64,000 nt of DNA from a virus: IMG/VR virus record IMGVR_UViG_3300023179_000019; one strand, written 5' to 3'. Both the position numbers and the translations under genes were made by a program. Below, one piece after another: positions 17,086 to 28,124 of the stretch. The notes under the pieces were generated by a model. The model did not search any database. It saw only the letters and a program-made list of their open reading frames with translations, and was not told the DNA's origin. Numbering within the stretch: the first letter of the stretch is position 1; each line of letters starts with the position of its first letter.

Positions 17086-17688
17086 ATGTCTAACATAGAA
17101 AAATATGGTTTTCATGTTGTTCCTAATATTGTAGGAAAAGAGACTTGTGAATTAATTTCCAGGTCTTTATTGCTTTTGAGGTCGAATTATAACCATGAAA
17201 ATAACTTGAGTGATGATTCTTTTAAAGGTGATGGCTTAGTTGAAAAATCTTTTAGTAAGTATGGAGTAAATTGTTTGGAAGCATTGTCTGAGATGTTGTT
17301 ACCAAAAGTCGAAGAAGTTGTAGGTAAACGACTAGTGCCCACATACACATACACTAGAATATATTTCAATGGTGCCGAAATGCAAGAGCATACGGATCGA
17401 CCGAGTTGTCAATATTCAGCAACACTAACGCTATCAATTTCCGACAAACCTTGGGAGATTCATTTTAGGGACATTACAAAAAAAGAAAGATCAATAAGTT
17501 TGGACGTAGGTTCAATGTGTGTTTATAGAGGTATGGATGTTCCTCATTGGCGAAATAGATATGAAGGCAAAGAACAAATTCAAGCCTTCATTCATTATGT
17601 TGATATTGATGGTCCATATGCAAAATTTAAGTATGACGGTCGACCAATGTTGGGACTACATCCCAGCACAAGGCGTAAAGACATTTAA
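17086..17688 (+). CDS. 2OG-Fe(II) oxygenase
   Basis: HTDRPSCQYS, YRGMDVPHWR. Confidence 0.8.
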   Translation: MSNIEKYGFHVVPNIVGKETCELISRSLLLLRSNYNHENNLSDDSFKGDGLVEKSFSKYGVNCLEALSEMLLPKVEEVVGKRLVPTYTYTRIYFNGAEMQEHTDRPSCQYSATLTLSISDKPWEIHFRDITKKERSISLDVGSMCVYRGMDVPHWRNRYEGKEQIQAFIHYVDIDGPYAKFKYDGRPMLGLHPSTRRKDI

Positions 17689-17700
17689 TAAGGTGATTAC

Positions 17701-18774
17701 ATGAGCATTTTAGACAAAATTAAAAAGAATAGCAGCATCAAAGAATCTGCAATTTTATCCAAGTCGAAGTTCTTCACGGACAAAGACATGATTCCCACAG
17801 CGATTCCAATTATCAATGTGGCACTTTCTGGTAAGTTAGATGGTGGCTTAACTCCTGGTCTTACAATGTGGGCAGGTCCATCAAAACATTTTAAAACCGC
17901 ATTTAGTCTGTTGATGGCTAAATCTTATTTGGAGAAATATCCCGATGCTGCTCTTTTATTTTACGATTCTGAGTTTGGCACTCCTCAATCTTACTTTGAT
18001 TCATTCGGTATTGATACCAATAGGGTGTTCCATACTCCTCTTACTGATATCGAGCAATTAAAGCACGATGTTATGCAACAATTAACTCAAATTGAACGTA
18101 GTGATAAGTTAATTATTATTATTGATTCAATTGGAAATTTAGCATCCAAGAAAGAAGTTGATGATGCTGTTGAGGGAAAAACTGTTGCAGATATGAGTCG
18201 TGCAAAACAAATCAAATCATTGTTCAGAATGGTCACACCACATCTAACAATGAAAGATATTCCCATGGTTGTTGTGAACCATACATATAAAGAAATTGGT
18301 ATGTTCCCGAAAGATATTGTTGGTGGTGGCACAGGAAGTTATTATTCGGCTGATAATATCTTTATTCTTGGTCGTCAACAAGAAAAAGAAGGAACAGAAG
18401 TTGTTGGTTACAATTTTATAATTAATGTTGAGAAGTCTAGATATGTTAAAGAAAAATCTAAAATACCCGTTACTGTATCTTTTGATGGTGGTATCAGCAA
18501 GTGGTCTGGTCTACTTGATATCGCACTCGAATCAGGACATGTTGTTAAACCCAGTAATGGTTGGTATTCTATAAGAAACAGAGATACTGGTGAAATAGAA
18601 GATAAAAAATACCGAATCAAAGAAACAGATACAAAAGATTTTTGGTTACCTATCATAAAACAAAAAACTTTCCGAGAATACGTTGAAGGAAAATATAGGA
18701 TCGCTACAGGTAATATTATGAAATCAGAAGATGTAGAAGAAGCGTTTGATGTAGAAACTATTAACGGTGCCTAA
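17701..18774 (+). CDS. uvsX: RecA-like recombinase UvsX
   Basis: AGPSKHFKT, YDSEFG, IDSIGNLASKKE, VGGGTG. Confidence 0.96.
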   Translation: MSILDKIKKNSSIKESAILSKSKFFTDKDMIPTAIPIINVALSGKLDGGLTPGLTMWAGPSKHFKTAFSLLMAKSYLEKYPDAALLFYDSEFGTPQSYFDSFGIDTNRVFHTPLTDIEQLKHDVMQQLTQIERSDKLIIIIDSIGNLASKKEVDDAVEGKTVADMSRAKQIKSLFRMVTPHLTMKDIPMVVVNHTYKEIGMFPKDIVGGGTGSYYSADNIFILGRQQEKEGTEVVGYNFIINVEKSRYVKEKSKIPVTVSFDGGISKWSGLLDIALESGHVVKPSNGWYSIRNRDTGEIEDKKYRIKETDTKDFWLPIIKQKTFREYVEGKYRIATGNIMKSEDVEEAFDVETINGA

Positions 18775-19396
18775 AATGGATATTCAATATCTGGAAAATC
18801 CTCCTCATGTTTTTGTTATTGAAAATTTTTATACAGAAGATGAATTGAATAAGATATGGGAAGAATTGGATGACTTTTATGATAAAAACTTTTTAGATAA
18901 TTCTTCTAATGTGGGTCCAGCAAGAACTATTGATGGCATACCATTAAAAAGAGCCAATGGTATTTTTTTATATAAAAGCAAATTTCCAAATTCCAATATA
19001 ATAAAAATTAATAATAAAGTAAAAGAACATTCTATAATATTTTCTAAGCACGATGAGAAATATGAAAAACTTGATGAATGTGTTTATAATACATTAATGT
19101 CATATTATGACAATGATCATTATTATAAACCTCATTCAGACCAATCAGTCTTTACTGCTTGCAGTTATTTTTTCAAAGAACCTAAAAAATTCTCTGGTGG
19201 AAATTTTATTTTAAATGATTTCAATAAAGAATTTGAAATAAAAAATAATATGTTGATTATTTTTCCTGGAAATTATAGGCATCAAGTTAGAAAAGTTAAA
19301 TTAGATAAAAATTTTCCTGGTCATGGAAGATATTGTATATCACAATTTTTTAATATTCCTGTACCAGAAGAATCCGAGGAGAAAAAAAATGATTGA
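18767..19396 (+). CDS. 2OG-Fe(II) oxygenase
   Basis: YYKPHSD, FSGG, IFPGNYRHQV, GRY. Confidence 0.82.
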   Translation: MPKMDIQYLENPPHVFVIENFYTEDELNKIWEELDDFYDKNFLDNSSNVGPARTIDGIPLKRANGIFLYKSKFPNSNIIKINNKVKEHSIIFSKHDEKYEKLDECVYNTLMSYYDNDHYYKPHSDQSVFTACSYFFKEPKKFSGGNFILNDFNKEFEIKNNMLIIFPGNYRHQVRKVKLDKNFPGHGRYCISQFFNIPVPEESEEKKND

Positions 19397-19712
19397 AGGA
19401 ATAGACTATTGTTTCATCTATCCAAAAGATGATGCGGCCTCAGTACACATTAGATTGCTTGACGGACCATACAAAAATACCATATTCAAATATGGCAAAG
19501 TAAAGTTTGAGGAAAAGAATGAGCAAATGTATTTACTTTTTGGTTACGATGTGTTAGAATCTGATGTCAGCACACCGAAAAAGTTAGAAAAGAGTGGTGA
19601 TTTCAAGAACCATATTGGTGACCTTTTGGTACAAATAATGTCATCTAACATTGAACAGGAAATTATTGATGAAGTTGGAACAGACGATTCTCAAGAATCT
19701 ATTTTACAATGA
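19389..19712 (+). CDS. Hypothetical protein at the gp40 position
   Basis: Between uvsX and gp41; FKYGKVKF; SD GAGGAG. Confidence 0.7.
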   Translation: MIEGIDYCFIYPKDDAASVHIRLLDGPYKNTIFKYGKVKFEEKNEQMYLLFGYDVLESDVSTPKKLEKSGDFKNHIGDLLVQIMSSNIEQEIIDEVGTDDSQESILQ

Positions 19713-21057
19713 AGATTACCTCAGAAAAGTATTGCCATTTTTAAAACCGGAATATTTTACCTCGAATACTGAAAAAGTTTTATTCGATGAAATTACATCA
19801 TTCACACAGACTTACAATAATACACCAACGATTGAAGCAGTTGCATTGGCCGTCAAAGAAAGGCGCAATCTCACAGATGACGAAGTGGAAAAGTGTTCGT
19901 CTTATCTTAAAGAAATTGAATCTACTAAAAGCGAAGAATCCAAAATTCAATGGCTTGTTGATAAAACCGAACAATTTTGCCAAGAGAAAGCCATATACAA
20001 TGCAGTATTGGGGTCTATTTCTATTCTCGATGGAAAAGACAAAACACATGAAAAAGGTCAGATTCCCAAGATATTATCGGACGCCTTGGCGGTAAGTTTC
20101 GATAACTCGGTTGGTCATGATTATTTGGAGAATTCGGATGAGCGTTATGAATTCTACCACCGAAAAGAAGAACGTATTCCTTTTGATCTGGAATACTTCA
20201 ACAAAATCACAAAAGGCGGCCTGCCTGCCAAGACACTCAATATCGCTCTAGCAGGTACTGGTGTCGGCAAATCATTATTCATGTGCCACGTTGCTTCATC
20301 TTGCATGACACTAGGTAAAAATGTATTGTACATCACACTTGAAATGGCAGAAGAAAAAATTGCTGAACGTATTGATGCAAATTTATTAAACGTGACGATT
20401 GATGATTTGATGCAACTGCCTAAAGACATGTATGACAAGAAAGTTGCTCGGGTCCGTGAAAAGACTACAGGTAAACTTATCATCAAAGAATATCCAACCG
20501 CATCAGCTTCAACAATTCATTTTAGGACATTATTAAATGAACTTAATCTTAAGCGCTCTTTCGTTCCTGATATTATCTTTGTGGATTATCTTAATATATG
20601 TTGTAGTTCTCGGATTAAGGCTGGTGCGAATATTAACTCATACACATACGTTAAGTCCATCGCAGAAGAGCTTCGAGGCCTTGCCGTTGAACATAATGTT
20701 CCTATTGTATCTGCGACTCAAACTACCAGAAGCGGATTTACATCGTCTGATCCGGGATTGGAAGATACGAGTGAATCGTTCGGGTTACCTGCTACCGCCG
20801 ACTTGATGTTTGCTTTGATTTCTTCCGAAGAATTGGAAGAACTTGGCCAACTTATGGTCAAACAATTGAAAAATCGTTACAATGATCCAACATATTACAA
20901 AAGATTCACGGTTGGTATTGACAGGTCTAAAATGAAGTTGTATGATATCGAACAGTCTGCTCAAATTGGAATCGCAGATGCTGGCCACGATAAACCAATA
21001 AACACATTTGGTGACCGTGAAAGACAACCTAAAAAGTTTAGTGGATTTAAAGTATGA
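19669..21057 (+). CDS. gp41: Replicative DNA helicase
   Basis: LAGTGVGKS, TLEMAEE, DYLN, SATQTTR, SESFGLPATAD, LKNRY. Confidence 0.96.
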   Translation: MKLEQTILKNLFYNEDYLRKVLPFLKPEYFTSNTEKVLFDEITSFTQTYNNTPTIEAVALAVKERRNLTDDEVEKCSSYLKEIESTKSEESKIQWLVDKTEQFCQEKAIYNAVLGSISILDGKDKTHEKGQIPKILSDALAVSFDNSVGHDYLENSDERYEFYHRKEERIPFDLEYFNKITKGGLPAKTLNIALAGTGVGKSLFMCHVASSCMTLGKNVLYITLEMAEEKIAERIDANLLNVTIDDLMQLPKDMYDKKVARVREKTTGKLIIKEYPTASASTIHFRTLLNELNLKRSFVPDIIFVDYLNICCSSRIKAGANINSYTYVKSIAEELRGLAVEHNVPIVSATQTTRSGFTSSDPGLEDTSESFGLPATADLMFALISSEELEELGQLMVKQLKNRYNDPTYYKRFTVGIDRSKMKLYDIEQSAQIGIADAGHDKPINTFGDRERQPKKFSGFKV

Positions 21058-22160
21058 CGTTGACCTTTGAAGATGCAGTACATTGTGCCAAAGTATTCGA
21101 AGATTATTTTGGGAATTTTGATCGCATCGATGAGTATATGAGAGATCAGAAATTAAATTCTCTGGCCGAACTTCCATCCAATCCTTTATTTCCAATTGAA
21201 GATGACTTGTTTCAAAATTTTACGATGCATCCAAAAGATATGGATTTTGAAGTCGTTGAAATAGATAATGAAACATGGACTAATCTTCTTAACATCACCT
21301 CATCACACGTAAACATTCCACCAGTTGGTCGTAATGTCAAGTTGGCCGTGCGTGAGAAGAATACAGGAAAGTACGTAGGATTCATCCGACTTGGTTCACC
21401 AGTCATCAACTGTAAACCCCGTAATGACATGCTTGGACAAGTGTTTACACAAAATCCTGACTGGGGTAAACGATTCAACGACTCTGCAATGATGGGTTTT
21501 GTTATTGTGCCAGCACAACCATTTGGTTATAATTATCTTGGTGGTAAACTTCTAGCTGCAATCTGTACCTCACATGAAGTACGTCAAATTGTCAACAAGA
21601 AATACGGAATGAATTTGTGTCTTTTTGAGACTACTAGTTTATATGGTAGTTCAAAAACAGTATCACAATATGACGGTATGAAACCCTATATCAGATATAA
21701 AGGCCTTACCGATTCCGATTTTTTACCCATGATGCACGGCAAACCATACTCTGATTTACGTGACTTTGTGGAAAGTAAAGTTGGTAAACTTGTCGATGAA
21801 GATGCGTCTAGTAAGAAACTAAAAATCTCTATGAAGATTATATCACTTACTAAAGCAGCACTTAAAGGTACATCTGAGGGCGGCACATTCCAAGCAACGA
21901 TTGAGAAGGCTAAAGGGTTGACAGAACAGAAAAGATATTATATAAGCGACTATGGTTTTAAGAACATGGTTGATTATGTAAACTGTAAGACGGACGTACT
22001 TGTTCCTGGTGAAAACTATGAAAAACATAAAATGGTAAACTTGATTGAATGGTGGCGAAATAAAGCTTGCAATCGATATGAAACACTATACAATGAAAAC
22101 AGGTTAAGAAACGAACTTGAAATTTGGACATCCGGAAAAGATATTCAGATTATCAGATAA
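21054..22160 (+). CDS. DUF4338/DruA-like protein
   Basis: PFGYNYLGGKLLA, ETTSLYG; recalled family resemblance. Confidence 0.6.
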   Translation: MTLTFEDAVHCAKVFEDYFGNFDRIDEYMRDQKLNSLAELPSNPLFPIEDDLFQNFTMHPKDMDFEVVEIDNETWTNLLNITSSHVNIPPVGRNVKLAVREKNTGKYVGFIRLGSPVINCKPRNDMLGQVFTQNPDWGKRFNDSAMMGFVIVPAQPFGYNYLGGKLLAAICTSHEVRQIVNKKYGMNLCLFETTSLYGSSKTVSQYDGMKPYIRYKGLTDSDFLPMMHGKPYSDLRDFVESKVGKLVDEDASSKKLKISMKIISLTKAALKGTSEGGTFQATIEKAKGLTEQKRYYISDYGFKNMVDYVNCKTDVLVPGENYEKHKMVNLIEWWRNKACNRYETLYNENRLRNELEIWTSGKDIQIIR

Positions 22161-22183
22161 ATATTTTGATTTAAGGTAATATA

Positions 22184-23476
22184 ATGGCGTATGAAGCTTC
22201 TGAAATCATGATGGCTGCAGCATTAATGTATCCAACAGGTGAGTTATTGGAATATGCAAAAGGCGCTGATGGATTACGCAAACTTATGATAGATGCTCGC
22301 ACAAAAATTTCTAAACATCTAGATAAAACAATTCATTTCGGTAACGCATCAATACAAAAAGGATTTACTGATTTAATGGATGAAAACAATCCAGAGATGT
22401 TAAAGGATATGGCTGGCGGAATATCTGCTGCATTAGGTGTAAGAGATTATTTACAGAAAGAAGGCGAGTCTGGTGGTAGAAATCTATCACCAAATGTCTA
22501 CATGACGGGTAATGTTTGGCCTAAAGAAGTTGAAAAATTTAGAGTTAGTGCTTTTGGTTTTGAAGATTATAATTCAGCTGACGTTATTGCTACTGCCGAT
22601 AAAGAGACTTTTTATGGAATATCACTCAAAAAGAAAAGACAAGCAAATGCGGGTGAACCAACATTAATCAATAAAGCTTTCGACTCTGTTTTGGATGGAA
22701 AACAATTTGATGATATTAAAGATGAATTGGCTAAAATTCGTGCTGAATATTTTTCTGGATTAGTAATTGAAGCTGTTGAAAGAGGAATAATTCTCAAAGA
22801 ACATATTGCAAATTTTGATCAGTTAAAGAGAACAGAACAAGGCCGAAAGGAATTATTTGAAGCTAAAAGGCGAGATAAAAAATTATTTGATCGTTCATAC
22901 ATCGACACAAAAGGTTCTGCTCGTGCTTTAAAAGGTTATAAAGATGACAATACAAAGGATGTAAATTCTATGCGTTACTTTGTCAATAAAAAATTGGCAG
23001 AGAAAGATAATCCTCTTTGGAAAGAATTTGTAAAGGTCATGAACAAATACTCCGATTTATTTGCTGATTCTTTAATTAATATTATTCTCAAAACTCAACT
23101 ATTCAAACAGTTGGATGCAAAAGACTTAGGTAAATATAAATTTAATTTCTTTTTGGTTACCGGTGTCGGTGATGTTAATAAAAAAGGTGATGTAACTATA
23201 GGAAAAGCTACTGTTCTTCCATTAAAAACTACGTTATGTGGTTTAACTAGAATACAAGAAAAAAATAAACAAAAAAAATATGAAATTGTTTTGGATGAAA
23301 CAAAAAAAGAAGGTGCGGATGCAGCCAAAATATTTTTACAATTGAAGAAAGGAAATATCATTTTATTGGACTTAGAAATTCGTTATAAAGGTGCTTTTAC
23401 ACCGCAACCACAATTTCAAGGAACATTAAATGATGGTTTCAAAAAATTACTAAAAGAAGAATGTGGATTACAATAA
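22184..23476 (+). CDS. Hypothetical protein, possible PD-(D/E)xK nuclease
   Basis: NSADV...YGISLKK; late-like GATAAATA upstream. Confidence 0.55.
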   Translation: MAYEASEIMMAAALMYPTGELLEYAKGADGLRKLMIDARTKISKHLDKTIHFGNASIQKGFTDLMDENNPEMLKDMAGGISAALGVRDYLQKEGESGGRNLSPNVYMTGNVWPKEVEKFRVSAFGFEDYNSADVIATADKETFYGISLKKKRQANAGEPTLINKAFDSVLDGKQFDDIKDELAKIRAEYFSGLVIEAVERGIILKEHIANFDQLKRTEQGRKELFEAKRRDKKLFDRSYIDTKGSARALKGYKDDNTKDVNSMRYFVNKKLAEKDNPLWKEFVKVMNKYSDLFADSLINIILKTQLFKQLDAKDLGKYKFNFFLVTGVGDVNKKGDVTIGKATVLPLKTTLCGLTRIQEKNKQKKYEIVLDETKKEGADAAKIFLQLKKGNIILLDLEIRYKGAFTPQPQFQGTLNDGFKKLLKEECGLQ

Positions 23477-23758
23477 ATGGCATTAATAGACTTTGATAAA
23501 CTTGCAAAAGAGTTTGAAACTAACGATAATGATTTTGGTTTTTCTGCTGTATCTGAAGAAGAATATAATTCAATTATCAATAAGACAGCACAAACTGCTG
23601 ATGATTATAAAGCAAGATTAACTGAATTAGAAAAAATTATTGTTCCTTTTCTCACCAAATTACATTCGACCGGAGATAAAGAATACATATACTGGCCGAA
23701 TAGAAAACCACTAATCGAAAAGCAGATAGAAAAAATACTTAAATTGACAAGGAATTAA
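23477..23758 (+). CDS. Hypothetical protein
   Basis: DFGFSAV...YIYWPNR. Confidence 0.7.
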   Translation: MALIDFDKLAKEFETNDNDFGFSAVSEEEYNSIINKTAQTADDYKARLTELEKIIVPFLTKLHSTGDKEYIYWPNRKPLIEKQIEKILKLTRN

Positions 23759-23760
23759 TT

Positions 23761-24474
23761 ATGAAAGCAACGGTGATTATACCCACCACGGGTGCATTTG
23801 AAGTACGTGATGCAATCAATTCTGTACTTGACCAAACAATAGAGACACAAGTTTATCTTGTTTGTGACGGTGATAACTTTAAAGGTAAAGTTAAAGTTAT
23901 TTCTGATGATTATGCAGGAAATCCATTCGTAAAAGTTTGTTATCTACCTATCAACGTTGGTGGTAATGGTTTTTACGGACACCGTATATATGCTTCCTTC
24001 ACACATTTGATTAACACCGATTATGTTTTTTATTTGGACCAAGATTGTTGGTTTGAAAATAATCACGTAGAAGAATGTATCAAAACAATAGAAGAAAATG
24101 ATCTGAGTTGGTCTTATTCTTTGCGTAAAGTTACAAATAAAGAAGGCGAATACATTTGTAATGATGATTGTGAATCTTTAGGCAAATGGAAAACATATCA
24201 CGGCATCAATCATATAGATACAAATTCGTATTGCCTTAAAACTGATGTTGCGATAAAATTGGCTAGTGTATGGCATGGTGGTTGGGGTCAAGACCGTGTT
24301 TTCTTTGGCACCCTTGCTCAACACTTTGCAAGATTTCATTGCACAGGACAATATACAGTAAATTATCGTGTAGATGGGAATCCAGGTTCAGTTAACGCCG
24401 AATTCTTTTTGAATGGTAATAAAGTAATGAATGAAAAATATAATGGAGAATTCCCATGGCGCAAAAAAATCTAA
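23761..24474 (+). CDS. GT2 glycosyltransferase
   Basis: TVIIPT, AINSVLDQT, YLDQD. Confidence 0.85.
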   Translation: MKATVIIPTTGAFEVRDAINSVLDQTIETQVYLVCDGDNFKGKVKVISDDYAGNPFVKVCYLPINVGGNGFYGHRIYASFTHLINTDYVFYLDQDCWFENNHVEECIKTIEENDLSWSYSLRKVTNKEGEYICNDDCESLGKWKTYHGINHIDTNSYCLKTDVAIKLASVWHGGWGQDRVFFGTLAQHFARFHCTGQYTVNYRVDGNPGSVNAEFFLNGNKVMNEKYNGEFPWRKKI

Positions 24475-25313
24475 TTATCGGTGGTTACACAAACTACGGC
24501 ATCAATCAACTTAAACCTTGGGTATTATCTGCAAAAGAAGTTTCGGGTGAAAACGATGTTGTTTTAGTCGCTGGTAAAACATCAAAAGAAACGGTGGAGT
24601 GGTTACAGGAACAAGGTGTGATTGTTGTTCCGATGATATCGGTCAACAATGTTCCTGTCCACGTATTGCGTTTTCTTTCCATTTATGATTACTTAGACAA
24701 TCATTGGAAAAATTATGAATATGTTGTCACAACAGATGTGAAAGACGTTTACTTTCAAACAGACCCATTTTATCCAATGACACGTTATCTTAAAGATGAA
24801 TATAAACTTATTGTTGCTTCTGAAGGATTGAAATACAAAGATGAATCTTGGGGTAATGAGAATTTAATGCAGTCTTATGGACCATATGTCTATGAGAGAT
24901 TCAAAGATAACGAAATATTTAATGTTGGAACATTCGGTGGTGTCTCTGAGTATGTGAAAGATATGGTGTTCAACATCTTCACTAATGCAATCAATAGGCC
25001 AATTCCTATCTGCGACCAAGCGGTCTTTAACGTACTAATAAATACACAACCATTTAAGAATATCGTTTTCAAGACATCAACTTGGGCATGTGAAGCGGGT
25101 ACGGTTGCTGATCCATCAAAGATCGATAACTTTAGACCAAATCTATTATTTAAAGAACCTATTGTAAAAAATGGTATTGTTTTAAGTGATGATGACTGCG
25201 AAATACCTTTTCCAATTGTTCACCAATATGATCGTGTACCTGATTGGAAAAAATTTGTCCAAGAAAAATATGGACAAGAAGATGAATCGGAATATTTTAT
25301 TTACAGGGCTTAA
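24456..25313 (+). CDS. GT-A fold glycosyltransferase-like protein
   Basis: TTDVKDVYFQ, NVG, DQAVFN, VHQYDR. Confidence 0.7.
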   Translation: MAQKNLIIGGYTNYGINQLKPWVLSAKEVSGENDVVLVAGKTSKETVEWLQEQGVIVVPMISVNNVPVHVLRFLSIYDYLDNHWKNYEYVVTTDVKDVYFQTDPFYPMTRYLKDEYKLIVASEGLKYKDESWGNENLMQSYGPYVYERFKDNEIFNVGTFGGVSEYVKDMVFNIFTNAINRPIPICDQAVFNVLINTQPFKNIVFKTSTWACEAGTVADPSKIDNFRPNLLFKEPIVKNGIVLSDDDCEIPFPIVHQYDRVPDWKKFVQEKYGQEDESEYFIYRA

Positions 25314-25315
25314 TT

Positions 25316-25879
25316 ATGAAAACTTTAGTTGATATCATGGTCGAAAAAAATTTAAGAAACGACACACACTATGAATTTGGAACGGACAAAGAATTTAATC
25401 ACAGATATTGCACCGCTTTTTATGATAAAGAGTTTCCGAAATATCGTGACAAGAGAATTCGTTTATTGGAGATTGGAGTACACCGTGGCGGTGGTCTCGC
25501 AGTATTCCACGAATATTTTTCCGATGCTGACATCTATGGTGTAGATCCTTTTGAGTTTGGTGCTGCAAAGAATTGTTTGCCTTATCCTAGAGTTAGAGTA
25601 TTTACTGCTGACGGATATAGTAAAGAATTTGCAGACACACTTCCAAAATTTGATATCATTATTGATGATGGTCCACATACAAAAGAGAGTCATCTAAAGT
25701 CATTACAAATTTACCTCAACAAATTGAATGATGGTGGTGTTTTTATTATTGAAGATATTTCAGAAATGGAATGGACAGAAGAATATAAAGCTTTAGTTCC
25801 TCCTTGGATGACATATGAAATTATTGATGCTCGAGAAATCTCTGGCATGTCGGATTCTATTATGTTCGTAGTAAGATAA
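25316..25879 (+). CDS. Class I SAM methyltransferase (sugar O-methyltransferase-like)
   Basis: LLEIGV..GG, IIIDDGPH, GGVFIIED. Confidence 0.85.
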   Translation: MKTLVDIMVEKNLRNDTHYEFGTDKEFNHRYCTAFYDKEFPKYRDKRIRLLEIGVHRGGGLAVFHEYFSDADIYGVDPFEFGAAKNCLPYPRVRVFTADGYSKEFADTLPKFDIIIDDGPHTKESHLKSLQIYLNKLNDGGVFIIEDISEMEWTEEYKALVPPWMTYEIIDAREISGMSDSIMFVVR

Positions 25880-25880
25880 A

Positions 25881-26609
25881 ATGGCATCACTATCTTTTTT
25901 GCATTTAGCTTCTGCAAATAAAAAAATATCAACAGGACATATTGTATCAAACATAAGAAAATATCATCCTGATGCATACTACTTTTTAGGTTCTGATGCA
26001 GCTGATGATTTATCTGAAATTGCTGCAGCCAATAATTGTGACTATGTTTATTACACAAATAAAATAGGATATCCAAGTTACAAAATCGAAAAGGTTATTT
26101 CGTGGTTAGAGAGATTTCGTTATGCTTGCGAAAAATCAAATACTACACATATTATGATGGTCGAAGATGATGTGTGGATCAAAAAGACAGTAACAGTACT
26201 CGATGAATGGGAAATGTCCTGTCATCACATCACACACGGTAATGAAATGCCGCCTCAGGTAATTGATTTGATCGAAAACTTTTCCGGTAAAAGACCTCTC
26301 ACGAATTATTATGGTGGCGGTGGAGGTTCAATATATAAAGTAGACACGTTTCTAAACAACTATGAACGTGTATTGGATTGGTTTAAGACTCATCATAACG
26401 ACATTCAAAGTTATTATGAACCGTTTGGTTTTATGGACTGCTATATGGTAGCATACTACATGCTGTGTGGAAAAGATTACAATGTTAATCCATATATGAC
26501 AGATACACACCATCACAGAAATAATGGTTTTGATTGGGATGAATTTGTTGAAACTAGAAAAGAAAATATTGAAATTGTAAATAACTATAAGAAATATTAT
26601 TGGGTATGA
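25881..26609 (+). CDS. Glycosyltransferase-like protein
   Basis: HIMMVEDDV DxD-like motif; island context. Confidence 0.6.
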   Translation: MASLSFLHLASANKKISTGHIVSNIRKYHPDAYYFLGSDAADDLSEIAAANNCDYVYYTNKIGYPSYKIEKVISWLERFRYACEKSNTTHIMMVEDDVWIKKTVTVLDEWEMSCHHITHGNEMPPQVIDLIENFSGKRPLTNYYGGGGGSIYKVDTFLNNYERVLDWFKTHHNDIQSYYEPFGFMDCYMVAYYMLCGKDYNVNPYMTDTHHHRNNGFDWDEFVETRKENIEIVNNYKKYYWV

Positions 26610-27400
26610 ATAACATAAGTATCGTTACGGCTTTCTTTGACATTGGTAGAGGTGATTGGACTCCAGACAAAGGATTACCACACTATCTACAAAGAAGCAC
26701 AGACACCTATTTTGAAAGATTTGCACACTTAGCCAAATTAGAAAATCACATGGTAGTCTTTACCTCTGAAGAATTTGTTGACAAAATCAAAGAACTACGT
26801 GGCAGTAGGCCGACACAAATACTTCCTTTAGATTTCAAAAATTCTTTTGATAAACTACGTGAAGAAATTTCTAGGGTACAAAAGTTACCGCAGTATCAAT
26901 CAAAAATCAATCCAAGTCAGGTTAAAAATCCAGAGTATTGGAATGCCGATTACGTGCTTGTAAATTTATTAAAATCATCTTTTGTAACTAAGGCAATGGA
27001 GTTAGGTTACGTACCAACTGAATTGGTTGCATGGATCGATTTTGGTTATTGCAGAAAACCTCTAAAAACTATAGAATGGTCTTACGACTTTAATCCAGAA
27101 AAGATACATTTCTTCAATATCAAAGATTGGGTTGAGGGTACATACATTCAAGATGTGATTGCAAATAATGATGTTCACATTACAGGACCTTGTATTGTAG
27201 GAGGTAAAAAGTGTTGGCCAATATTAGAACATCTTGTACACCACTCTGTAAATGAATTATTGAAAAATGATTTAATTGATGATGATCAAACACTACTTTT
27301 AATGTCGTATCTATATAAACCACAGATGTTTGATTTACATAAAGTTTCGCCTGATAATTGGTTTGTTGCATTTGAGGATTATAATGAAAGTATATCTTAG
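26606..27400 (+). CDS. HtrL/YibB (WlaTC) family glycosyltransferase
   Basis: IVTAFFDIGRG, NPEYWNADY, AWIDFGY, DDDQ. Confidence 0.85.
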   Translation: MNNISIVTAFFDIGRGDWTPDKGLPHYLQRSTDTYFERFAHLAKLENHMVVFTSEEFVDKIKELRGSRPTQILPLDFKNSFDKLREEISRVQKLPQYQSKINPSQVKNPEYWNADYVLVNLLKSSFVTKAMELGYVPTELVAWIDFGYCRKPLKTIEWSYDFNPEKIHFFNIKDWVEGTYIQDVIANNDVHITGPCIVGGKKCWPILEHLVHHSVNELLKNDLIDDDQTLLLMSYLYKPQMFDLHKVSPDNWFVAFEDYNESIS

Positions 27401-28124
27401 TTCTACCGCTAATCTTGGTGACTTCATCAATGGCATGCCTGTACTTTCGGGTTTACACAAATCTTATGGAAAATTTGAACTTGTCATTAAAGGTGAAATG
27501 AAAAAATTTAATGGTATAAAAGAATTTCTTATGTACCAAGATTTGTTTACTGAAGTTAATTTTGATTCTGATATATGGATGTATGGTTCAATCATCAACC
27601 TTAGTTCTTGGACCAGAGAAGATAAAAGACATCCTGATAGACCAATCGAGACATGCCGGTATGAGAATTGGTTGAAAGAACAATATGGAATGAAATTTGA
27701 TGTTGATGATGGTTTTATTGTAAAAACTCCAGAGTTTGACATTGAAATAAAAGATGATTATTACGTTGGTGATCGTTGGAATGTAGGCAACATCGATGAT
27801 CGTAGAGAAACACACATTCTATCACATCTTGACAAATACGAATTTATTGATTACAATAAAACGATGTTGGAGAACGCATACATCATTAAGAATCTAAAGA
27901 AACCTTTCATCACAAACTTTACTGGTGTTGGTATGCTTGCTGATATGTGTAATGTTCCTTTGTATTGTGTTTGGAAGGCAGAGGATTGGAAACCTGAATT
28001 CCGTAGAGGTGAGGATGTGTCTTGGGATGATGGTAAAAATATCAACAAAGTCTTTGAGAAACATTTCTATTTAAATCGTCAAGCAAAACTGGTTCATGCC
28101 AAAGACTTAGAAAAATTATTATGA
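27384..28124 (+). CDS. GT9 (heptosyltransferase)-like protein
   Basis: NLGDFINGMPVL and FITNFTGVGMLA resemble GT9 motifs. Confidence 0.5.
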   Translation: MKVYLSSTANLGDFINGMPVLSGLHKSYGKFELVIKGEMKKFNGIKEFLMYQDLFTEVNFDSDIWMYGSIINLSSWTREDKRHPDRPIETCRYENWLKEQYGMKFDVDDGFIVKTPEFDIEIKDDYYVGDRWNVGNIDDRRETHILSHLDKYEFIDYNKTMLENAYIIKNLKKPFITNFTGVGMLADMCNVPLYCVWKAEDWKPEFRRGEDVSWDDGKNINKVFEKHFYLNRQAKLVHAKDLEKLL

